Below, one piece after another: positions 48,074 to 57,450 of a stretch of 64,000 bases of DNA. Each line of letters begins with the position of its first letter. Position 1 is the stretch's first letter. The stretch lies in the sequence record OQ718158.1. One strand, given 5' to 3'. A program made the position numbers and the translations under genes. Under the pieces are notes generated by a model. That model made no database searches. It had not been told where the DNA came from and saw only the letters and a program-made list of their open reading frames with translations. The DNA comes from Escherichia phage vB_Ec-M-J.

Positions 48074-48590
48074 TGTAAAATGACAACGGACATTGAAAAA
48101 TGGATAATGAGAACCTACTTCTCTTGAAAATGTAAAGGATAGATGAGCTTTACCGTTGTAGCGAACAGCAAAAGAAACCTGTTAGAGTACTGGCAATCAA
48201 ACAAACACGAGATAAGACCACGAATCACGGCGACACGGCTGTATAAAGAACTCCAATAAGCACACAGAGAGTTCCTAGATAGATGTATAAGGTTCGCACC
48301 TTACGAATTTGCTAAGGGAGTTCAAGGATTGTGGACGCGATTTTACAAGAAAGTTGCGTCCAAAATTTGAGAACAGGTACTACTTTGATCGAATAGAGTT
48401 TAGTACTGAGTGCTGTTGATGAAAAGACCAGCGACCGTTGCATATGACTGCGATAGAGAGAAACCGAGCAACCCGCTTTCGCTCTCTAAATTTTGGTACA
48501 GGAAAGATCCGTCCAAAATTTGAGAAATTCGCAATTCGATAATATCCGATGCCATCATCGTCAAGAGAGACTTAATTGTCTCTTTTTTAT
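48074..48590 (+). ncRNA. candidate noncoding transcript(s) of unknown class
   Basis: Promoter-to-terminator unit of ~0.5 kb, visibly GC-richer than surroundings, several hairpins, a ~28-bp imperfect direct repeat (48347-48374 and 48503-48530), no plausible ORF. Confidence 0.3.
48564..48590 (+). terminator. rho-independent terminator
   Basis: AGAGAC-TTAATT-GTCTCT followed by TTTTTT. Confidence 0.7.
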
Positions 48591-48728
48591 TACCTTCATT
48601 CCCCTGCGGGGGGATGAAATAGTCCTCAACAAATCCCGTCAAGCTTTTAAAGTACATTATCATTTTCAGAAGGAACTAGTTTACGAAGTAAACGTAGTGA
48701 CTTCTTGAGTTACGAGAGAACGAAGTGA

Positions 48729-49157
48729 ATGAGTAACACAACGAAAATATCCAATACATCTGAATTAACACAAATGTTATTCAAAGAATATTTTGAGTAT
48801 CAAATCAAAAGCGATCATGATTTGGTTCAGACATATTTGAAGAGAATCAAAGATCCATTAAGTTTAAACAAAGGAACTGAATTTTATAACAGTATTTTAG
48901 ACTTTATTAATTTAGTTCATACAAACAGACCTATTGTAGTTTTCTTCTTTGATAAATCAATTCCTGTAGAAGTTCCTGATAATGTATTTTTTGTTACAGA
49001 AACTGATTTAAGTAATCAAAGTACTGTAAGTAGATTAAGGAATTGCTTACTTATAATTTGTGATTCTTCATTATATAACAATAGAGTACTATGGAATAGA
49101 AGTAAGAGAAATGCAGTTTCAGAAATGAATCCTGAAGTTACCTTTATTATTAACTAA
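48729..49157 (+). CDS. hypothetical protein
   Basis: Track ORF. Confidence 0.5.
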   Translation: MSNTTKISNTSELTQMLFKEYFEYQIKSDHDLVQTYLKRIKDPLSLNKGTEFYNSILDFINLVHTNRPIVVFFFDKSIPVEVPDNVFFVTETDLSNQSTVSRLRNCLLIICDSSLYNNRVLWNRSKRNAVSEMNPEVTFIIN

Positions 49158-49187
49158 ATACCATAGAATAACTCTAAGGAGAGATTT

Positions 49188-49628
49188 ATGGAAAATATTA
49201 ATGATTTACGACATGTAATGGACTTTATCGGAGATACTGAAGAAGATAGTTCTTATGATGAAGTACTACTTACATTTATTGAGAATAGTTTATTTTTAAG
49301 TGCTGCTGCTCACAACTGGCATTTACAGAGCCATTTCTACACTAAGCACCTACAATTGGATGAACTATACAAAGAGTTACCTGAGTACGTTGATGCATTT
49401 GTAGAGGGTATTATGAACACTCGCGGGGCATTGCAGGTAGGTACTGGTAACAGTTATCGTTTTACCCCTATCGAGGATTGTGTACCAATTCTTGAAGAAT
49501 ATGTTAGTCAATGTAAAGCCATTCATGCTATGCTAGAAGAGGCTGAAGACTATGGTAGTACTAACACGCTAGAAGACATTATGAGTTTTTGTGAAGGAAT
49601 GCTTTACAAACTTAAAGTTTTACAATAA
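49188..49628 (+). CDS. hypothetical protein (possible Dps/ferritin-like helical bundle)
   Basis: Weak resemblance of AAHNWHLQSHFYTKHLQLDELY to Dps helix motifs; low confidence. Confidence 0.45.
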   Translation: MENINDLRHVMDFIGDTEEDSSYDEVLLTFIENSLFLSAAAHNWHLQSHFYTKHLQLDELYKELPEYVDAFVEGIMNTRGALQVGTGNSYRFTPIEDCVPILEEYVSQCKAIHAMLEEAEDYGSTNTLEDIMSFCEGMLYKLKVLQ

Positions 49629-49635
49629 AATATAT

Positions 49636-49666
49636 GGAGAGTCATTGTGACTCTCCTTTTCTTTTG
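49636..49666 (+). terminator. rho-independent terminator
   Basis: GGAGAGTCA-TTG-TGACTCTCC followed by TTTTCTTTT. Confidence 0.8.
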
Positions 49667-49674
49667 GAGAATAT

Positions 49675-50028
49675 ATGAGTGATTACCGCGTAACATCTGG
49701 ACTAATGGCACGTCTTATTGAAGCAGTTCCTGAAGATGATTATGAAGCTATTTCAGATCGTCTTTTTGACGCAGATTCTAAACTCCATATTACATATGAT
49801 GGTGCATTGATTTACAGTACTGATATTGATATGTCTAGTTATGAATTTGATATTTCTTTTGGTAACAAACTAACTACTGAAGAATTCGCTCGAAAATGTG
49901 AGCGTGAAGGGTTGTGTATTGATATTAGTTCAGTTCAGCCATATACATCACTGTGGTATGATGGTGCTGATAGTCCAATGTCTACTACATCTTTACAGGA
50001 TTTTCTAAATGCAAATCAAAAAGATTAA
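49675..50028 (+). CDS. hypothetical protein
   Basis: Track ORF. Confidence 0.5.
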   Translation: MSDYRVTSGLMARLIEAVPEDDYEAISDRLFDADSKLHITYDGALIYSTDIDMSSYEFDISFGNKLTTEEFARKCEREGLCIDISSVQPYTSLWYDGADSPMSTTSLQDFLNANQKD

Positions 50029-50401
50029 ATTCCACCAGCATTGTTCTATACATGAATGTGATGATTGTGGTATGAACATGAGTGACATTTATACAGTTTC
50101 CTGTAAAGGATTCAAATTCACTCACGGTGAACCTGCATATTGTTATGGCACAGAAGAAGGTGATATCGAAGTAGTTCTGAAAGAATTGTTCCAGTACTTG
50201 CAAAGTGCTGGTCATGATGTTACAATGCCCACATATTACGAAGATGATTATGACTCACATGTAGAAGAAAATACATATTATAATCAATTCGTTCATGGTA
50301 ATGGCTTTATCACATACCTTCATGAGAATGGTATTGAGGTAAAAACTAAGTACACTAGTGATGATTACGAAAGTGATGACTCTATGGAGATTGAAGATTG
50401 A
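50009..50401 (+). CDS. hypothetical acidic protein
   Basis: Track ORF. Confidence 0.45.
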   Translation: MQIKKIKFHQHCSIHECDDCGMNMSDIYTVSCKGFKFTHGEPAYCYGTEEGDIEVVLKELFQYLQSAGHDVTMPTYYEDDYDSHVEENTYYNQFVHGNGFITYLHENGIEVKTKYTSDDYESDDSMEIED

Positions 50402-50985
50402 AAGCAAAAGACCTAGCAGCACTGTTGATGCAGAACCCTGAAATGGAAGTGTATCATGAGCACATGCATATTGATGATATGTGTGAATCGTACTATTCAC
50501 CAGAAAATGTGTCTGGGATTGAAATCACACCAAGTGGTGTATTCATCAGTACTGAACGTATTGATTACAATTCCCAGCAAGAAATCAAAACTCCACATAA
50601 TAAACCTCGCATTGGTGCTATTGAACTTGTATTTCAACAGGATCGTCTGGTTGAGTACAACGAAGACGATGGTACTACCAGAACTGATGTTGAGAATGTT
50701 GTTTTTCCTTTTTATAACGCCTATGATGACCCAACAACAGGTGAAGACTTCTTCCGTGAGTTATCAGAGGATGGTTATGTTTATGGTGAAAATGGAACTA
50801 TTTTTGTACTGGACCCTAATTATGAGCCAGATCACAACACTTGGCAATTCTATACACCTCAAGATGTAATGGAAGTTAAAGTACTTACAGATCTTGACGA
50901 TAATTGGAACCCAGTATATACTTCAATGACATTTGAAGAAGCAAAAAACCATTTCGTTTCTAAACTAAACATTACAAAAGAATAA
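50398..50985 (+). CDS. hypothetical protein
   Basis: Track ORF. Confidence 0.5.
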   Translation: MKAKDLAALLMQNPEMEVYHEHMHIDDMCESYYSPENVSGIEITPSGVFISTERIDYNSQQEIKTPHNKPRIGAIELVFQQDRLVEYNEDDGTTRTDVENVVFPFYNAYDDPTTGEDFFRELSEDGYVYGENGTIFVLDPNYEPDHNTWQFYTPQDVMEVKVLTDLDDNWNPVYTSMTFEEAKNHFVSKLNITKE

Positions 50986-50989
50986 GGAT

Positions 50990-51280
50990 TTGAAATTTAT
51001 GAAAATTGTCGCAAGTGCATGGATGAAACTTACTGATGGTACTACTGCTTTTGAAGAGTATGGCTTTGTTGAAAGTGTAGAAGAATTAAAGCGTTTCAAA
51101 AGTGAAAATGATGATGATGTATTTGACATTGTATTCACCTATCACCATATTCCAAATGATACAGATTATGAACATTATTATTACAATCAAGATCTGTTGG
51201 AAAATCTAGTGTGCGACAATCAACATGAAATTGATGAAAACACTGCTCTACTAATGCTGAGTACCGTATCTCCGGTATAA
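50990..51280 (+). CDS. hypothetical protein
   Basis: Track ORF. Confidence 0.45.
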   Translation: MKFMKIVASAWMKLTDGTTAFEEYGFVESVEELKRFKSENDDDVFDIVFTYHHIPNDTDYEHYYYNQDLLENLVCDNQHEIDENTALLMLSTVSPV

Positions 51281-51288
51281 GGAGTTAT

Positions 51289-51768
51289 ATGTATAACCTT
51301 ACAATTATCCGCGAACCAAATGAATATGACGGTAATACAACCTATGGTGAAGTTTTGGTATTTCAAAGTACTGAACAAAGTGGTATTGAACATAAATTAA
51401 AAGATTATTTACGTGATCATTTATATCTGCACCGTACTGATGCAAATTGTAATTATGGTGATATAATGTTTATTGTAACGCACAATGGTGCGGTAATTGA
51501 ACATATGAACATGACAAATGTAATGGATTTTTATAATTACACTGATACTTCTTTTCCATTGGATAACTATTTCAGTACTGTTTTTGATGCGTTACGTAAG
51601 AACGTTGCTAAAAATGATAGATTCTGTACTAATTTTAGATTATTAGAAACAAATACAAGAAAGAATCTTTCTAAGAAGTATGATGAAGAACATAAGAAAA
51701 ATCAGGAAATTCAACGTTTACATGAGTTAATGAAGAAATATCCCAACGAGGTCAAATATGGCTCTTAG
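51289..51768 (+). CDS. hypothetical protein
   Basis: Track ORF; AAGGAG RBS. Confidence 0.5.
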   Translation: MYNLTIIREPNEYDGNTTYGEVLVFQSTEQSGIEHKLKDYLRDHLYLHRTDANCNYGDIMFIVTHNGAVIEHMNMTNVMDFYNYTDTSFPLDNYFSTVFDALRKNVAKNDRFCTNFRLLETNTRKNLSKKYDEEHKKNQEIQRLHELMKKYPNEVKYGS

Positions 51769-52096
51769 AGGACAAACTCAATATAAGTGTATTGAAGAAA
51801 TCAGAAAGAAAGATGGAACACTTTTTGACAGGAAATTAAAACAAGAATATAAAGACCTAAGAGATGTTATCCGAAATGAAAGTTTCGGTGGGAAGCGTAG
51901 GCAGAAGATTTATGAATTTCTGAAGAATGGTGTAGAAATTCAAGTCAATGGTCTTCATTGTGTACAAACCAAAAACGATCCAGATATTTTACGTCTTTTA
52001 AAAGAGGGTAAAATAGAAATGTTCAATATCCCAATTTCATCCTATGGTAATAGATTAAAATGTAAGCACACGTACTTAAGGATTAAAAATGGGTAA
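51758..52096 (+). CDS. hypothetical protein
   Basis: Track ORF. Confidence 0.45.
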   Translation: MALRGQTQYKCIEEIRKKDGTLFDRKLKQEYKDLRDVIRNESFGGKRRQKIYEFLKNGVEIQVNGLHCVQTKNDPDILRLLKEGKIEMFNIPISSYGNRLKCKHTYLRIKNG

Positions 52097-52673
52097 ATTA
52101 GTATATTACTATGGTAGTATGTCTAGTGGTAAAAGTACTCATCTTTTACAAAAAGCATATAACCATAAGAAAAATGGAATGAAGGTAATTTACTTAACCA
52201 GTGCACTTGATGATCGTTATGGAACAGGAAAGATTACTTCAAGAATTGGCATCGAAGCTGAGGCTGAAGTAATTCCAAAAAATGACATTAGTGTTCTTCT
52301 TAAAGTTAAAGAAACACTCAAAAATGACGTTGACATTAACAGTATCTATGTTGATGAATGTCAATTTTTAAACAGAGAACAAATTGACCATTTAGCTGAT
52401 ATAGCAGATAATTATGGTGTTGATGTTTCCTGTTATGGAATCCGAACAGATTTTGAATCCAATCTTTTTGAAGGTTCACAAAGACTGTTCGAAATAGCTG
52501 ATGACATACATGAACTTAAGAACGTGTGTGAGAATCAGAAGTGTGGCAAAGAAGCCACTATGAATGCCCGTATAGTTGAAAGTACTGATAAAGTCTTTAT
52601 TGGTGGTGATGAATCATACAAGAGTCTATGCAGAACTTGCTATATGGATTATATGAGGAATAAAAATGGTTGA
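52089..52673 (+). CDS. tk: thymidine kinase
   Basis: P-loop GSMSSGKST, VDECQF, GIRTDF..LFEGS, C-terminal Cys pairs, as in T4/E. coli Tdk. Confidence 0.85.
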   Translation: MGKLVYYYGSMSSGKSTHLLQKAYNHKKNGMKVIYLTSALDDRYGTGKITSRIGIEAEAEVIPKNDISVLLKVKETLKNDVDINSIYVDECQFLNREQIDHLADIADNYGVDVSCYGIRTDFESNLFEGSQRLFEIADDIHELKNVCENQKCGKEATMNARIVESTDKVFIGGDESYKSLCRTCYMDYMRNKNG

Positions 52674-52890
52674 TTCATTTATGAAACGCGTTTTGAATGA
52701 TGTACTATCTGGATTTAAAAAAGCGACTAGTCTTATTTTTAGTTCAGTAGTGATGGTTATTACCGTAATGGCATTTGCACTTGTACTGCATTTTGTACCA
52801 TTCTGGTTAGTATTCATTGTACTCATTGTTCTTCTAGGTACGCATGTTTATTATGTTTACCGTGAAGCTTTGGATGATGATAACGTTTAA
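52666..52890 (+). CDS. small membrane protein
   Basis: Two hydrophobic helices. Confidence 0.45.
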   Translation: MVDSFMKRVLNDVLSGFKKATSLIFSSVVMVITVMAFALVLHFVPFWLVFIVLIVLLGTHVYYVYREALDDDNV

Positions 52891-52898
52891 AAGTATTT

Positions 52899-52923
52899 GA
52901 CCTCACTATGTGGGGTCTTTTTA
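52899..52923 (+). terminator. rho-independent terminator
   Basis: GACCTCAC-TAT-GTGGGGTC (one G-U) followed by TTTTT. Confidence 0.65.
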
Positions 52924-52933
52924 AGGTATCTAT

Positions 52934-53377
52934 ATGCATAACGAAACTGAAGTCTTCAAACGTTTCATTGATATTTGTTTACACACGAATTTGGTATATT
53001 TGGGTCCAGGAGCAAACTTCAGAACTTTATCTTCAATTTTAGGATACACTGAACCATCATGCTTATATTGCGATGGGAACATGATCCATCTCACTGATGG
53101 TGATTTTAATGTTCAGTACATTTATCAATGTGATATGTATGTATTCAATACACCAGAATATAATATTATTATTGAAGAACGTACTAAAGATAATTACCCA
53201 ACCCAATATGTAAGTTGGGATAGAACAGATTGCGTATATGCCACTGGTCCAGTACAGAAACCTATGAACTATCCTACTATTCATTTGAATGTTATCCATG
53301 ATGAATTGAAAGATTACTGTAACAGTATTTCAGATTCGGAAACAAAATACTTTCCTATTATATTTTTTAAGGTTTGA
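52934..53377 (+). CDS. hypothetical protein
   Basis: Track ORF. Confidence 0.5.
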   Translation: MHNETEVFKRFIDICLHTNLVYLGPGANFRTLSSILGYTEPSCLYCDGNMIHLTDGDFNVQYIYQCDMYVFNTPEYNIIIEERTKDNYPTQYVSWDRTDCVYATGPVQKPMNYPTIHLNVIHDELKDYCNSISDSETKYFPIIFFKV

Positions 53378-53769
53378 TTATGAGATGGCGTAAACGACAT
53401 GTAACAAGATTTGATAAAATAATCAAAAAATATTTCTCACATAAGTTAGATCCAATCATACTTCAACTAAGAAGTAGTATGTTTGATAGACGTTTCCCAC
53501 AGTGTTTAGAATCGTACAGTCGTAAACGTTACAAGAATGAATACCTGGTATATCGTTATGATTTATCAGAATTCTTTTTGAATACTCGTGTATCTGTACC
53601 CATCAGACTGTACTCAAGGGTAAAACGCAGTAGGGTTCAAGATATCACTTATGGTTATCTTATGCTTGAGATTAATGAACTCAATGAAAAAACAGGTAGA
53701 AATTTCAGTACTTTATGTCTGGAAAACAATGATACCATAAAAAGAATTATAGAAGATTTGGGCAAGTAG
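53374..53769 (+). CDS. hypothetical basic protein
   Basis: Track ORF. Confidence 0.5.
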   Translation: MIMRWRKRHVTRFDKIIKKYFSHKLDPIILQLRSSMFDRRFPQCLESYSRKRYKNEYLVYRYDLSEFFLNTRVSVPIRLYSRVKRSRVQDITYGYLMLEINELNEKTGRNFSTLCLENNDTIKRIIEDLGK

Positions 53770-53786
53770 GATTTTTTATGCTATAA

Positions 53787-54143
53787 TTGGAGATGAGTAT
53801 GAAATACATCGACAAAGGTACAGTTGAAACACAGTACTGGAATATTCATATTGCTGGTGATATCCAAACAGCAAGAGAGTACACAAGAAAGTTTGCATTC
53901 AAGCTTGGATTTTGTGTACAATTGATTCCGTGTGAATACATCTACACGGGTGGTCTTGAAAGTGGAATGTGTGCTCGTATTATTCAGTACCCACGCTTTC
54001 CAAAAGAAGAAGTATATCTCAACCGAGATGTATTAAACTATGCTAAGGGTTTAGCTGAAGAGTTGTGTCAAAAGAGTTTTACTATTGAGCGAAACAATGA
54101 TACAATCTATTATGAAAGTGCCGACCCTTTACACAAGAAATGA
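53787..54143 (+). CDS. hypothetical protein
   Basis: Track ORF. Confidence 0.5.
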   Translation: MEMSMKYIDKGTVETQYWNIHIAGDIQTAREYTRKFAFKLGFCVQLIPCEYIYTGGLESGMCARIIQYPRFPKEEVYLNRDVLNYAKGLAEELCQKSFTIERNNDTIYYESADPLHKK

Positions 54144-54154
54144 AAGGAAAATAT

Positions 54155-54286
54155 ATGAATGGACTAAAAAAGTTTGGTAAAGATTTTCTAAAGTGCATCC
54201 GTTATACATACGATGCTAACCCTGAAATGACCGCCATTGTGGGTGTGTTTATTACACTCGTTGTATTAAGCTTTATTGTGGTGTAA
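54155..54286 (+). CDS. very small membrane protein (43 aa)
   Basis: Own translation MNGLKKFGKDFLKCIRYTYDANPEMTAIVGVFITLVVLSFIVV. Confidence 0.3.
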   Translation: MNGLKKFGKDFLKCIRYTYDANPEMTAIVGVFITLVVLSFIVV

Positions 54287-54289
54287 AAT

Positions 54290-54493
54290 ATGATTGAAAT
54301 TAATGCTGATGTTTATTGTAGTGCATCACCAAACTACTTCATTTATGCACTAAGTACATTTGGTGAAACTGAAGGTGAAACTTTTGTTTTAGTAGATAAT
54401 ACTACATGGTACAAAACAAGTAATAAAATTCCGAAAGATGTTTTAGAAACTTATGTTCGTATTGAAAATAAAAACATATATGTAAATTTATAG
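54290..54493 (+). CDS. hypothetical protein
   Basis: Track ORF. Confidence 0.45.
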   Translation: MIEINADVYCSASPNYFIYALSTFGETEGETFVLVDNTTWYKTSNKIPKDVLETYVRIENKNIYVNL

Positions 54494-54500
54494 GTAAAAT

Positions 54501-54911
54501 ATGATTGAAATGGAAGGAACTCTGGTGTATGATCCAGATCGTGGCACTATGAAAAAGAAGAAGGACTTCTGGTTAGTACTGCAACTTCCATTACAGTTGG
54601 TTCGATACTACCAGTACTTCATCAGAACTGACTTACATATTGATATTAAAGACCCACAATGGGGAGCACATGTCAGTATCGTTCGTGGTGAAGTGCCACC
54701 AAATCCAGAGTACTGGAAAAAGTACGATGGTATGAAAGTTAAGATTAAGTTCGAACCTTTCATCGAAGAAGTAAAAGACAATAAGAAACCTGGGTCATTC
54801 TTTATCATAGAGTTTGAAGATGATTTCATTGCACAAATTCGTGATGAACTTGGTTTAGCATCTAAATATTTCAAATATCACATCACCATTGGTAGAACAT
54901 ACTACGATTAA
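54501..54911 (+). CDS. putative 2H-phosphoesterase (LigT/cyclic-phosphodiesterase-like)
   Basis: Two H-x-[ST]-x motifs (AHVSIV and YHITIG) about 70 aa apart. Confidence 0.4.
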   Translation: MIEMEGTLVYDPDRGTMKKKKDFWLVLQLPLQLVRYYQYFIRTDLHIDIKDPQWGAHVSIVRGEVPPNPEYWKKYDGMKVKIKFEPFIEEVKDNKKPGSFFIIEFEDDFIAQIRDELGLASKYFKYHITIGRTYYD

Positions 54912-54934
54912 TGTGGTTATTTGGTAAATAGGTC

Positions 54935-54962
54935 TTGATATAACTAAAAAGTATGCTATACT
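54935..54962 (+). promoter_or_regulatory. sigma70-like promoter
   Basis: TTGATA 54935-54940, 16-bp spacer, TGcTATACT 54954-54962. Confidence 0.45.
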
Positions 54963-55078
54963 ACTTAAATGTTCCAAAGAACAACTGAGTACTGTAGAAA
55001 GTCCAATGAGGCTTTTGCAAATGGCCTCTTTGCCCTCTTTGTGATTGCTCATTGTTAACAACCAACAAAGGAGGCGTT

Positions 55079-56005
55079 TTGAAAAAAGCGAAAAAAGCAC
55101 TGAAAACTAAAATTGCCGTAGGCGTATTAGTTTCATCAGCCCTATTCGCTGCGATTGGATTTTATGGTTTTTCTCAAAGTGATCGTGCATCATCATTAGA
55201 CGAAAGTCAGGTGCATAATTTAAAACCACAAGTTACGCAAATTCAAAAGCAGGAACTACCACAGGTATCAGTACCAAAAGCAGTTCCAAGCAGCGAGAAA
55301 CATTATACGGTTCAACCTGGAGATAGTTATTATTCTATTGCACAGAAATTTAAACCTAAAAATGTACAGATTGAAGATTATGTCATTTTGTTGAAGAACA
55401 TCAACTTAAATGCAACTCTTCATACTTCTCAGGGTATCTTTATCCCAACAAAAGAGGATTTGAAGAACGTATTGTTACCAGATGTGACTGTACTGTTTGA
55501 TTATAAAGATCCAGAAATTGTCAATCACATCAAAGAAGCTGAAGGTTCTATTGAATTTCAGTCCAAGAACAAACGACGTTTACTTGGTGGGAAAGTTGGA
55601 GTTCCTTTCCACAATTCTAAATTTCATCCCTATAAGGACATGAAAGGTAATTATACAATTGGTTATGGGCATTATTTGGGTAAGAAAGATTCTGATGCAA
55701 TGAAGTACAGAAACGGGATTACCAAAGCACAGGCCAACAAACTTTTAATGCAAGATATGAAAAGGACTTACGAGGACTTTACACTATTGATGCAGAAGAA
55801 AGATGCAGTTAATCTGACAAAAGAACAGCAGCGTATCCTGTTTGAAATGTCATACACAATGGGCGTTGATAAGTTGGCAACATTTAACAAACTATGGAAA
55901 AGTGTTAAAATGGATAACCCTAAGAAATTCAAGAAAGAAATCATGAATTCCTTGTGGTATCGCCAAGTTACAAACAGAGCGGATTTGTTGTTAAGCTCAC
56001 TCTAA
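55079..56005 (+). CDS. T4-type lysozyme (GH24) with N-terminal signal-anchor and LysM domain
   Basis: TTG start after AAAGGAGG RBS; hydrophobic anchor; LysM-like YTVQPGDSYYSIAQKF; C-terminal YTIGYGH..ITK.QA..LL.QD as in T4 lysozyme. Confidence 0.7.
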   Translation: MKKAKKALKTKIAVGVLVSSALFAAIGFYGFSQSDRASSLDESQVHNLKPQVTQIQKQELPQVSVPKAVPSSEKHYTVQPGDSYYSIAQKFKPKNVQIEDYVILLKNINLNATLHTSQGIFIPTKEDLKNVLLPDVTVLFDYKDPEIVNHIKEAEGSIEFQSKNKRRLLGGKVGVPFHNSKFHPYKDMKGNYTIGYGHYLGKKDSDAMKYRNGITKAQANKLLMQDMKRTYEDFTLLMQKKDAVNLTKEQQRILFEMSYTMGVDKLATFNKLWKSVKMDNPKKFKKEIMNSLWYRQVTNRADLLLSSL

Positions 56006-56020
56006 AAAGGTAGGTAAATT

Positions 56021-56353
56021 ATGCTAAATCTAGTTATCCAAGGTAATGTTGATATTACTCCAGCAATCAATGACGCAATTCATGCTGAAGCAAATGCACT
56101 AACGAAGTTTAGTGATTCTTCAGTACTGCATATTGGTGTTCATGTGAAGAAAGAGCATAAGAATCAATATTTCGTAACTTTAACATCAGGCGGTAAGAGT
56201 GTTACAGCCGATGATGCAGATTTATACAAAGCAATTGGTGATTCATTTGAAAAAATGGAAACTGTCTTAGGTAAAGACAAAAGCATCAAATTGCATCGCC
56301 GTAACCACCCCGAACATCCAGTTCAAGAAGACTTGACTGAAGACGAAGAGTAA
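56021..56353 (+). CDS. hpf: ribosome hibernation promoting factor (HPF/YfiA family)
   Basis: Collinear with E. coli HPF (MLNLVIQGNVDITPAINDAI...V.VKKEH...LYKAIGDSFEKME). Confidence 0.75.
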   Translation: MLNLVIQGNVDITPAINDAIHAEANALTKFSDSSVLHIGVHVKKEHKNQYFVTLTSGGKSVTADDADLYKAIGDSFEKMETVLGKDKSIKLHRRNHPEHPVQEDLTEDEE

Positions 56354-56362
56354 GATATAATA

Positions 56363-56392
56363 AAGGGACAGAGATTATTCTGTCCCTTTTCT
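56363..56392 (+). terminator. rho-independent terminator
   Basis: GGGACAGA-GATTAT-TCTGTCCC followed by TTTTCTT. Confidence 0.8.
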
Positions 56393-56407
56393 TATGGGGT
56401 TTTAATT

Positions 56408-56824
56408 ATGAATTATGTTTGGGTAGATGTAGTAAAATCTCTCGTATCAACACATGATGTTGATTTACCAGATAGTCTGGTATTTAACAGATGGTACTAT
56501 CCAAATCCAGAGGACTGTAACGTTGGAATTGGATTTTTTATTAATGATAAATCTAATTTGTTTGGATTAATTGAAGATGAGACAAAATCCAACCTTATAT
56601 TCTCGATTGAGTTGAATGCTGATCACATAAAATACTACACCAATAAAATGGACGAAGACGATGGAGATGTTATAATCCCAGCAGAAATAGACGAAGCTTC
56701 ATTTTTTCAGTTATCATTGATTTATGATCTATCTAACATTAATTATGATAATGTGAAAGACCTTTTTATATTGTACAATAAAATGTATAATTACTTTTTA
56801 AGACCTTTTTATATTGTACAATAA
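56408..56824 (+). CDS. hypothetical protein (3' end lies inside a 43-bp tandem duplication)
   Basis: Track ORF; stop codon falls in the second repeat copy. Confidence 0.5.
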   Translation: MNYVWVDVVKSLVSTHDVDLPDSLVFNRWYYPNPEDCNVGIGFFINDKSNLFGLIEDETKSNLIFSIELNADHIKYYTNKMDEDDGDVIIPAEIDEASFFQLSLIYDLSNINYDNVKDLFILYNKMYNYFLRPFYIVQ

Positions 56825-56842
56825 AATGTATAATTACTTTTT
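56757..56842. repeat. perfect tandem duplication, 2 x 43 bp
   Basis: aagacctttttatattgtacaataaaatgtataattacttttt at 56757-56799 and again at 56800-56842. Confidence 0.9.
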
Positions 56843-56860
56843 TATAACAGAGGAATTGTA

Positions 56861-57046
56861 ATGGAATATACCATATGTGTAATTGTATGTATCATAGCCT
56901 TACTCGCAGGAGTTGGTGTGATGATTTACTGTGATGCGGAACCCAGTACTGAAGTAGGTACAACCATCACACTTAAACCTGGTGTTAAAATTAATGATAC
57001 CTATTGCTACAATCCAAACACAAACCGTTATGAGATTTGTTTATGA
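56861..57046 (+). CDS. small membrane protein
   Basis: N-terminal hydrophobic helix; AGAGGAA RBS. Confidence 0.45.
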   Translation: MEYTICVIVCIIALLAGVGVMIYCDAEPSTEVGTTITLKPGVKINDTYCYNPNTNRYEICL

Positions 57047-57450
57047 AAACATTCAACATTGTTCATATAATTGAACCGATTGCAGAACATATTAAAAACA
57101 TAAGTAAGAACGAGTCAGGTTTTTTCTTCAATTTAGACAAACTTCATCGCTATACCAATGTATCTAGTTTTAATCGTGCTAAGAGACTTTACATCCGTAT
57201 ACACAACCTATGGTACAGTGACGATACGTTGATGATAGATATCACGGTTGGTGAAGAAATAACATTAAGATATATTGACGATTTTAAATCAGATGATATT
57301 CGTGCTGGATCATTACCAATTGATGCTTCATATGAAGAATATCTGCAATACCAGTTCATTGATGACACATTTGGATTTGACTTTGAACTATATAATAGTA
57401 TAATGAACGTATACCATATATACGAAAGGAATTTGAATGGACATTCGTAA
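57037..57450 (+). CDS. hypothetical protein (paralog of 57437..57859)
   Basis: Shared C-terminal motif QFIDDTFGFDF vs MFIDDTFSIDY. Confidence 0.5.
   Translation: MFMKTFNIVHIIEPIAEHIKNISKNESGFFFNLDKLHRYTNVSSFNRAKRLYIRIHNLWYSDDTLMIDITVGEEITLRYIDDFKSDDIRAGSLPIDASYEEYLQYQFIDDTFGFDFELYNSIMNVYHIYERNLNGHS

Noticed and set aside
48040-48728. tRNA genes in the noncoding island
   Set aside because: No segment shows a canonical T-loop (GTTCRANYC) with matching acceptor stems by eye; left as unclassified ncRNA.
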